A stretch of DNA of 64,000 nt, taken from assembly GCA_964057225.1 (NCBI GenBank), contig OZ059900.1:25544001-25608000 (forward strand), written 5' to 3'. Position 1 is the stretch's first letter. The number at the start of each line of letters is the position of its first letter. The notes under the pieces were generated by a model, which saw nothing but the letters and a program-made list of their open reading frames with translations, had not been told where the DNA came from and searched no databases. Made by a program: the position numbers and the translations under genes. This DNA is from Auanema rhodensis (taxonomy: Eukaryota > Animalia > Nematoda). Below are positions 54,201 through 64,000 of the stretch, piece after piece.

Positions 54201-55738
54201 ACAGTGTTTTTGTATTTTTTTAGTGTTCAGCATGTAAAATGCGTCATTTTAGTATGTAAAACGCTGAAATTCGTTGCATTTGACGACTCATATGAACAAA
54301 AATCGATTTTATCAATATTAGCCATAAGGGGCGTGCCCTCAGAATATGCTAATTTCCTTAATTTTCTAACCCCTGTTTTTTTGTCGTGAAAGTGGAACTA
54401 GACGTTGTACGAACAATTTTGAGCTAGGTTTCATTGACATTGCATGAGTTTGAACACATGAAATCGTAAGTCAAAACCTTGTTTACAGCGAAATTTCCAA
54501 AAACTGGTTTTCCAGCATAATACAATATTTCTCATGGGAAATACTGTGTTTTTGTATTTTTCTAGTGTTCAGAATGTAGAATGCTTCATTTTAGTACGTA
54601 ACACGCTGAAATTCGTTGCATTTGACGACTCATATGAACAAAAATCGATTTAATCAATATTAGCCATAAGGGGCGTGCCCTCAGAATATGCTCATTTCCT
54701 TAATTTTCTAACCCCTGTTTTTTTGTCGTGAAAGTGGAACTAGACGTTGTACAAACAATTTTGAGCTAGGTTTCATTGACATTGCATGAGTTTGAACACA
54801 TGAAATCGTAAGTCAAAACCTTGTTTACAGCGAAATTTCCAAAAACTGGTTTTCCAGCATAATAAAATATTTCTCATGGGAAATACAGTGTTTTTGTATT
54901 TTTTTAGTGTTCAGCATGTAAAATGCGTCATTTTGATATGTAAAACGCTGAAATTCGTTGCATTTGACGACTCATATGAACAAAAATCGATTTTATCAAT
55001 ATTAGCCATAAGGGGCGTGCCCTCAGAATATGCTAATTTCCTTAATTTTCTAACCCCTGTTTTTTTGTCGTGAAAGTGGAACTAGACGTTGTACGAACAA
55101 TTTTGAGCTAGGTTTCATTGACATTGCATGAGTTTTAACACATGAAATCGTAAGTCAAAACCTTGTTTACAGCGAAATTTCCAAAAACTGGTTTTCCAGC
55201 ATAATAAAATATTTCTCATGGGAAATACAGTGTTTTTGTATTTTTTTAGTGTTCAGCATGTAAAATCCGTCATTTTTGTATGTAAAACGCTGAAATTCGT
55301 TGCATTTGACGACTCATATGAACAAAAATCGATTTAATCAATATTAGCCATAAGGGGCGTGCCCTCAGAATATGCTAATTTCCTTAATTTTCTAACCCCT
55401 GTTTTTTTGTCGTGAAAGTGGAACTAGACGTTGTACGAACAATTTTGAGCTAGGTTTCATTGACATTGCATGAGTTTTAACACATGAAATCGTAAGTCAA
55501 AACCTTGTTTACAGCGAAATTTATAAAACTGGTTTTCCAGCATAATACAATATTTCTCATGGGAAATACTGTGTTTTTATATTTTTCTAGTGTTCAGCAT
55601 GTAAAATGCTTCATTTTAGTATGTAACACGCTGAAATTCGTTGCATTTGACGACTCATATGAACAAAAATCGATTTTATCAATATTAGCCATAAGGGGCG
55701 TGCCCTCAGAATATGCTAATTTCCTTAATTTTCTAACC
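48217..55738. repeat. Two tandem copies of an 11-monomer HOR (3761 bp)
   Basis: The order C-B-G-C-B2-H-A-G'-A/D-E-F(del) occurs twice. ORF pairs 50431/54192, 51115/54876 and 51744/55505 differ by 3761 = 11x342-1. Confidence 0.9.
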
Positions 55739-56764
55739 CCTGTTTTTTTGTCGTGGAAGTGGAACTAGACGTTGTACGAACAGTTTTGAGCTAGGTTTCA
55801 TTGACATTGCATGAGTTTGAACACATGAAATCGTAAGTCAAAACCTTGTTTACAGCGAAATTTCCAAAAACTGGTTTTCCAGCATAATAAAATATTTCTC
55901 ATGGGAAATACTGTGTTTTTGTATTTTTCTAGTGTTCAGCATGTAAAATGCTTCATTTTAGTATGTAACACGCTGAAATTCGTTGCATTTGACGACTCAT
56001 ATGAACAAAAATCGATTTAATCAATATTAGCCATAAGGGGCGTGCCCTCAGAATATGCTAATTTCCTTAATTTTCTAACCCCTGTTTTTTTGTCGTGAAA
56101 GTGGAACTAGACGTTGTACGAACAATTTTGAGCTAGGTTTCATTGACATTGCATGAGTTTGAACACATGAAATCGTAAGTCAAAACCTTGTTTACAGCGA
56201 AATTTCCAAAAACTGGTTTTCCAGCATAATAAAATATTTCTCATGGGAAATACAGTGTTTTTGTATTTTTTTAGTGTTCAGCATGTAAAATGCGTCATTT
56301 TAGTATGTAAAACGCTGAAATTCGTTGCATTTGACGACTCATATGAACAAAAATCGATTTTATCAATATTAGCCATAAGGGGCGTGCCCTCAGAATATGC
56401 TAATTTCCTTAATTTTCTAACCCCTGTTTTTTTGTCGTGAAAGTGGAACTAGACGTTGTACGAACAATTTTGAGCTAGGTTTCATTGACATTGCATGAGT
56501 TTGAACACATGAAATCGTAAGTCAAAACCTTGTTTACAGCGAAATTTCCAAAAACTGGTTTTCCAGCATAATAAAATATTTCTCATGGGAAATACAGTGT
56601 TTTTGTATTTTTTTAGTGTTCAGCATGTAAAATGCGTCATTTTAGTATGTAAAACGCTGAAATTCGTTGCATTTGACGACTCATATGAACAAAAATCGAT
56701 TTTATCAATATTAGCCATAAGGGGCGTGCCCTCAGAATATGCTAATTTCCTTAATTTTCTAACC

Positions 56765-59700
56765 CCTGTTTTTTTGTCGTGAAAGTGGAACTAGACGTTG
56801 TACGAACAATTTTGAGCTAGGTTTCATTGACATTGCATGAGTTTGAACACATGAAATCGTAAGTCAAAACCTTGTTTACAGCGAAATTTCCAAAAACTGG
56901 TTTTCCAGCATAATAAAATATTTCTCAAGGGAAAAACTGTGTTTTTATATTTTTCTAGTGTTCAGCATGTAAAATGCTTCATTTTAGTATGTAACACGGT
57001 GAAATTCCTTGCATTTGACGACTCATATGAACAAAAATCGATTTAATCAATATAAGCCATAAGGGGCGTGCCCTCAGAATATGCTAATTTCCTTAATTTT
57101 CTAACCCCTGTTTTTTTGTCGTGAAAGTGGAACTAGACGTTGTACGAACAATTTTGAGCTAGGTTTCATTGACATTGCATGAGTTTGAACACATGCAATC
57201 GTAAGTCAAAACCTTGTTTACAGCGAAATTTCCAAAAACTGGTTTTCCAGCATAATAAAATATTTCTCATGGGAAAAACTGTGTTTTTGTATTTTTTTAA
57301 TGTTCAGCATGTAGAATGCTTCATTTTGATATGTAAAACGCTGAAATTCGTTGCATTTGACGACTCATATGAACAAAAATCGATTTTATCAATATTAGCC
57401 ATAAGGGGCGTGCCCTCAGAATATGCTAATTTCCTTAATTTTCTAACCCCTGTTTTTTTGTCGTGAAAGTGGAACTAGACGTTGTACGAACAATTTTGAG
57501 CTAGGTTTCATTGACATTGCATGAGTTTTAACACATGAAATCGTAAGTCAAAACCTTGTTTACAGCGAAATTTCCAAAAACTGGTTTTCCAGCATAATAA
57601 AATATTTCTCATGGGAAATACAGTGTTTTTGTATTTTTTTAGTGTTCAGCATGTAAAATCCGTCATTTTTGTATGTAAAACGCTGAAATTCGTTGCATTT
57701 GACGACTCATATGAACAAAAATCGATTTAATCAATATTAGCCATAAGGGGCGTGCCCTCAGAATATGCTAATTTCCTTAATTTTCTAACCCCTGTTTTTT
57801 TGTCGTGAAAGTGGAACTAGACGTTGTACGAACAATTTTGAGCTAGGTTTCATTGACATTGCATGAGTTTTAACACATGAAATCGTAAGTCAAAACCTTG
57901 TTTACAGCGAAATTTATAAAACTGGTTTTCCAGCATAATAAAATATTTCTCAAGGGAAAAACTGTGTTTTTATATTTTTCTAGTGTTCAGCATGTAAAAT
58001 GCTTCATTTTAGTATGTAACACGCTGAAATTCCTTGCATTTGACGACTCATATGAACAAAAATCGATTTAATCAATATTAGCCATAAGGGGCGTGCCCTC
58101 AGAATATGCTAATTTCCTTAATTTTCTAACCCCTGTTTTTTTGTCGTGAAAGTGGAACTAGACGTTGTACGAACAATTTTGAGCTAGGTTTCATTGACAT
58201 TGCATGAGTTTGAACACATGAAATCGTAAGTCAAAACCTTGTTTACAGCGAAATTTCCAAAAACTGGTTTTCCAGCATAATACAATATTTCTCATGGGAA
58301 ATACTGTGTTTTTATATTTTTCTAGTGTTCAGCATGTAAAATGCTTCATTTTAGTATGTAACACGCTGAAATTCGTTGCATTTGACGACTCATATGAACA
58401 AAAATCGATTTTATCAATATTAGCCATAAGGGGCGTGCCCTCAGAATATGCTAATTTCCTTAATTTTCTAACCCCTGTTTTTTTGTCGTGAAAGTGGAAC
58501 TAGACGTTGTACGAACAGTTTTGAGCTAGGTTTCATTGACATTGCATGAGTTTGAACACATGAAATCGTAAGTCAAAACCTTGTTTACAGCGAAATTTCC
58601 AAAAACTGGTTTTCCAGCATAATAAAATATTTCTCATGGGAAATACTGTGTTTTTGTATTTTTCTAGTGTTCAGCATGTAAAATGCTTCATTTTAGTATG
58701 TAACACGCTGAAATTCGTTGCATTTGACGACTCATATGAACAAAAATCGATTTAATCAATATTAGCCATAAGGGGCGTGCCCTCAGAATATGCTAATTTC
58801 CTTAATTTTCTAACCCCTGTTTTTTTGTCGTGAAAGTGGAACTAGACGTTGTACGAACAATTTTGAGCTAGGTTTCATTGACATTGCATGAGTTTGAACA
58901 CATGAAATCGTAAGTCAAAACCTTGTTTACAGCGAAATTTCCAAAAACTGGTTTTCCAGCATAATAAAATATTTCTCATGGGAAATACAGTGTTTTTGTA
59001 TTTTTTTAGTGTTCAGCATGTAAAATGCGTCATTTTAGTATGTAAAACGCTGAAATTCGTTGCATTTGACGACTCATATGAACAAAAATCGATTTTATCA
59101 ATATTAGCCATAAGGGGCGTGCCCTCAGAATATGCTAATTTCCTTAATTTTCTAACCCCTGTTTTTTTGTCGTGAAAGTGGAACTAGACGTTGTACGAAC
59201 AATTTTGAGCTAGGTTTCATTGACATTGCATGAGTTTGAACACATGAAATCGTAAGTCAAAACCTTGTTTACAGCGAAATTTCCAAAAACTGGTTTTCCA
59301 GCATAATAAAATATTTCTCAAGGGAAAAACTGTGTTTTTATATTTTTCTAGTGTTCAGCATGTAAAATGCTTCATTTTAGTATGTAACACGGTGAAATTC
59401 CTTGCATTTGACGACTCATATGAACAAAAATCGATTTAATCAATATTAGCCATAAGGGGCGTGCCCTCAGAATATGCTAATTTCCTTAATTTTCTAACCC
59501 CTGTTTTTTTGTCGTGAAAGTGGAACTAGACGTTGTACGAACAATTTTGAGCTAGGTTTCATTGACATTGCATGAGTTTGAACACATGAAATCGTAAGTC
59601 AAAACCTTGTTTTCAGCGAAATTTCCAAAAACTGGTTTTCCAGCATAATACAATATTTCTCATAGGAAATACTGTGTTTTTGTATTTTTCTAGTGTTCAG

Positions 59701-62700
59701 AATGTAGAATGCTTCATTTTAGTACGTAACACGCTGAAATTCGTTGCATTTGACGACTCATATGAACAAAAATCGATTTAATCAATATTAGCCATAAGGG
59801 GCGTGCCCTCAGAATATGCTAATTTCCTTAATTTTCTAACCCCTGTTTTTTTGTCGTGAAAGTGGAACTAGACGTTGTACGAACAATTTTGAGCTAGGTT
59901 TCATTGACATTGCATGAGTTTGAACACATGAAATCGTAAGTCAAAACCTTGTTTACAGCGAAATTTCCAAAAACTGGTTTTCCAGCATAATAAAATATTT
60001 CTCATGGGAAATACTGTGTTTTTGTATTTTTCTAGTGTTCAGCATGTAAAATGCTTCATTTTAGTATGTAACACGCTGAAATTCGTTGCATTTGACGACT
60101 CATATGAACAAAAATCGATTTAATCAATATTAGCCATAAGGGGCGTGCCCTCAGAATATGCTAATTTCCTTAATTTTCTAACCCCTGTTTTTTTGTCGTG
60201 AAAGTGGAACTAGACGTTGTACGAACAATTTTGAGCTAGGTTTCATTGACATTGCATGAGTTTGAACACATGAAATCGTAAGTCAAAACCTTGTTTACAG
60301 CGAAATTTCCAAAAACTGGTTTTCCAGCATAATAAAATATTTCTCAAGGGAAAAACTGTGTTTTTATATTTTTTTAGTGTTCAGCATGTAAAATGCTTCA
60401 TTTTAGTATGTAACACGGTGAAATTCCTTGCATTTGACGACTCATATGAACAAAAATCGATTTAATCAATATTAGCCATAAGGGGCGTGCCCTCAGAATA
60501 TGCTAATTTCCTTAATTTTCTAACCCCTGTTTTTTTGTCGTGAAAGTGGAACTAGACGTTGTACGAACAATTTTGAGCTAGGTTTCATTGACATTGCATG
60601 AGTTTGAACACATGAAATCGTAAGTCAAAACCTTGTTTACAGCGAAATTTCCAAAAACTGGTTTTCCAGCATAATACAATATTTCTCATGGGAAATACTG
60701 TGTTTTTGTATTTTTCTAGTGTTCAGCATGTAAAATGCTTCATTTTAGTATGTAACACGCTGAAATTCGTTGCATTTAACGACTCATATGAACAAAAATC
60801 GATTTAATCAATATTAGCCATAAGGGGCGTGCCCTCAGAATATGCTAATTTCCTTAATTTTCTAACCCCTGTTTTTTTGTCGTGAAAGTGGAACTAGACG
60901 TTGTACGAACAATTTTGAGCTAGGTTTCATTGACATTGCATGAGTTTGAACACATGAAATCGTAAGTCAAAACCTTGTTTACAGCGAAATTTCCAAAAAC
61001 TGGTTTTCCAGCATAATAAAATATTTCTCATGGGAAATACAGTGTTTTTGTATTTTTTTAGTGTTCAGCATGTAAAATGCGTCATTTTAGTATGTAAAAC
61101 GCTGAAATTCGTTGCATTTGACGACTCATATGAACAAAAATCGATTTTATCAATATTAGCCATAAGGGGCGTGCCCTCAGAATATGCTAATTTCCTTAAT
61201 TTTCTAACCCCTGTTTTTTTGTCGTGAAAGTGGAACTAGACGTTGTACGAACAATTTTGAGCTAGGTTTCATTGACATTGCATGAGTTTGAACACATGAA
61301 ATCGTAAGTCAAAACCTTGTTTACAGCGAAATTTCCAAAAACTGGTTTTCCAGCATAATACAATATTTCTCATGGGAAATACTGTGTTTTTGTATTTTTC
61401 TAGTGTTCAGAATGTAGAATGCTTCATTTTAGTACGTAACACGCTGAAATTCGTTGCATTTGACGACTCATATGAACAAAAATCGATTTAATCAATATTA
61501 GCCATAAGGGGCGTGCCCTCAGAATATGCTCATTTCCTTAATTTTCTAACCCCTGTTTTTTTGTCGTGAAAGTGGAACTAGACGTTGTACAAACAATTTT
61601 GAGCTAGGTTTCATTGACATTGCATGAGTTTGAACACATGAAATCGTAAGTCAAAACCTTGTTTACAGCGAAATTTCCAAAAACTGGTTTTCCAGCATAA
61701 TAAAATATTTCTCATGGGAAATACTGTGTTTTTGTATTTTTCTAGTGTTCAGCATGTAAAATGCTTCATTTTAGTATGTAACACGCTGAAATTCGTTGCA
61801 TTTGACGACTCATATGAACAAAAATCGATTTAATCAATATTAGCCATAAGGGGCGTGCCCTCAGAATATGCTAATTTCCTTAATTTTCTAACCCCTGTTT
61901 TTTTGTCGTGAAAGTGGAACTAGACGTTGTACGAACAATTTTGAGCTAGGTTTCATTGACATTGCATGAGTTTGAACACATGAAATCGTAAGTCAAAACC
62001 TTGTTTACAGCGAAATTTCCAAAAACTGGTTTTCCAGCATAATAAAATATTTCTCATGGGAAATACAGTGTTTTTGTATTTTTTTAGTGTTCAGCATGTG
62101 AAATGCGTCATTTTAGTATGTAAAACGCTGAAATTCGTTGCATTTGACGACTCATATGAACAAAAATCGATTTTATCAATATTAGCCATAAGGGGCGTGC
62201 CCTCAGAATATGCTAATTTCCTTAATTTTCTAACCCCTGTTTTTTTGTCGTGAAAGTGGAACTAGACGTTGTACGAACAATTTTGAGCTAGGTTTCATTG
62301 ACATTGCATGAGTTTGAACACATGAAATCGTAAGTCAAAACCTTGTTTACAGCGAAATTTCCAAAAACTGGTTTTCCAGCATAATACAATATTTCTCATG
62401 GGAAATACTGTGTTTTTGTATTTTTCTAGTGTTCAGAATGTAGAATGCTTCATTTTAGTACGTAAAACGCTGAAATTCGTTGCATTTGACGACTCATATG
62501 AACAAAAATCGATTTTATCAATATTAGCCATAAGGGGCGTGCCCTCAGAATATGCTAATTTCCTTAATTTTCTAACCCCTGTTTTTTTGTCGTGAAAGTT
62601 CAACTAGACGTTGTACGAACAATTTTGAGCTAGGTTTCATTGACATTGCATGAGTTTGAACACATGAAATCGTAAGTCAAAACCTTGTTTACAGCGAAAT

Positions 62701-64000
62701 TTCCAAAAACTGGTTTTCCAGCATAATAAAATATTTCTCAAGGGAAAAACTGTGTTTTTATATTTTTCTAGTGTTCAGCATGTGAAATGCTTAATTTTAG
62801 TATGTAACACGCTGAAATTTGTTGCATTTGACGACTCATATGAACAAAAATCGATTTAATCAATATTAGCCATAAGGGGCGTGCCCTCAGAATATGCTAA
62901 TTTCCTTAATTTTCTAACCCCTGTTTTTTTGTCGTGAAAGTGGAACTAGACGTTGTACGAACAATTTTGAGCTAGGTTTCATTGACATTGCATGAGTTTG
63001 AACACATGAAATCGTAAGTCAAAACCTTGTTTACAGCGAAATTTCCAAAAACTGGTTTTCCAGCATAATAAAATATTTCTCATGGGAAATACTGTGTTTT
63101 TGTATTTTTTTAGTGTTCAGCATGTAAAATGCGTCATTTTAGTATGTAACACGCTGAAATTCGTTGCATTTGACGACTCATATGAACAAAAATCGATTTA
63201 ATCAATATTAGCCATAAGGGGCGTGCCCTCAGAATATGCTAATTTCCTTAATTTTCTAACCCCTGTTTTTTTGTTGTGAAAGTGGAACTAGACGTTGTAC
63301 GAACAATTTTGAGATAGGTTTCATTGACATTGCATGAGTTTGAACACATGAAATCGTAAGTCAAAACCTTGTTTACAGCGAAATTTCCAAAAACTGGTTT
63401 TCCAGCATAATAAAATATTTCTCTTGGGAAATACTGTGTTTTTGTATTTTTCTAGTGTTCAGCATGTAAAATGCTTCATTTTAGTATGTAACACGCTGAA
63501 ATTCGTTGCATTTGACGACTCATATGAACAAAAATCGATTTAATCAATATTAGCCATAAGGGGCGTGCCCTCAGAATATGCTAATTTCCTTAATTTTCTA
63601 ACCCCTGTTTTTTTGTCGTGAAAGTGGAACTAGACGTTGTACGAACAATTTTGAGCTAGGTTTCATTGACATTGCATCAGTTTGAACACATGAAATCGTA
63701 AGTCAAAACCTTGTTTACAGCGAAATTTCCAAAAACTGGTTTTCCAGCATAATAAAATATTTCTCATGGGAAATACTGTGTTTTTGTATTTTTCTAGTGT
63801 TCAACATGTAAAATTCTTCATTTTAGTATGTAACACGCTGAAATTCGTTGCATTTGACGACTCATATGAACAAAAATCGATTTAATCAATATTAGCCATA
63901 AGGGGCGTGCCCTCAGAATATGCTAATTTCCTTAATTTTCTAACCCCTGTTTTTTTGTCGTGAAAGTGGAACTAGACGTTGTACGAACAATTTTGAGCTA
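56765..64000. repeat. Long-range paralogue of block 685-10601 (offset 56080 bp at the start, 53344 bp at the end)
   Basis: The haplotype order is the same, including markers seen only in these two places (ctcttggg at 10080 and 63424; ttcaac+attctt at 10422 and 63766). ORFs 1189, 2214 and 2898 map to 57269, 58294 and 58978 (+56080). Confidence 0.9.

Larger units (their letters stand above)
1..64000. repeat. Tandem satellite DNA array, 342-bp monomer, ~187 head-to-tail copies, extending beyond both window edges
   Basis: 'cctgtttttttgtcgtgaaagtggaactagacg' recurs at 1, 343, 685 and so on. ORF-track starts differ by multiples of 342 (163, 505, 1189). The catg/caag landmark of copy 187 lies at 63766 = 163 + 186x342 - 9, consistent with the 11 single-base indels seen (10 deletions, 1 insertion). 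No non-satellite sequence or inversion was seen. Confidence 0.99.
38985..64000. repeat. Right heterogeneous sub-domain (monomers 115-187) using the same haplotype library as the left domain
   Basis: Haplotypes A, B, D, E, F, G, H and J reappear abruptly from 38985 onwards. Confidence 0.88.

Noticed and set aside
163-62595. 43 near-identical 65-95 aa ORFs as a tandem gene family
   Set aside because: They are slices of the satellite monomer. About three quarters of monomers have an in-frame TAA or lack the ATG, variants show no synonymous bias, and there is no recognisable domain.
1-64000. CRISPR array or other repeat-spacer system
   Set aside because: There are no unique spacers; the entire 342-bp unit repeats at roughly 97-100% identity and no cas genes are present.
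1-64000. Embedded transposon, inversion or unique island
   Set aside because: The 342-bp register is conserved end to end (net -9 bp, fully explained by 1-bp indels), leaving no room for insertions, and all monomers are in the same orientation.

Overview
The whole 64 kb window is one uninterrupted, head-to-tail tandem array of an AT-rich (~34% GC, hand count) 342-bp satellite DNA monomer, about 187 copies, all in the same orientation. It is most likely eukaryotic (peri)centromeric or heterochromatic satellite DNA; I cannot assign a species or named family. I found no credible genes, RNA genes, transposons or CRISPR arrays, and the repeated 65-aa ORFs are incidental products of single SNPs that remove a TAA in the monomer. 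The real information lies in the order of monomer variants, which I typed by eye using shared diagnostic SNPs. (i) There are three domains: a heterogeneous left part (1-18.1 kb), a near-consensus homogeneous core (18.1-39.0 kb) and a heterogeneous right part (39.0-64 kb). (ii) Local higher-order repeats (HORs) of 5, 6, 8, 11 and 20 monomers occur, with the 8-mer nested inside the 20-mer. (iii) Blocks are duplicated at offsets of 15 and 31-32 monomers. (iv) The variant order at the start of the window recurs ~56 kb later at its end. (v) Some monomers are chimeric, with breakpoints near a hairpin-forming segment. (vi) Monomer length is almost invariant. I do not see a novel protein-coding system; what is notable is the satellite's hierarchical architecture.
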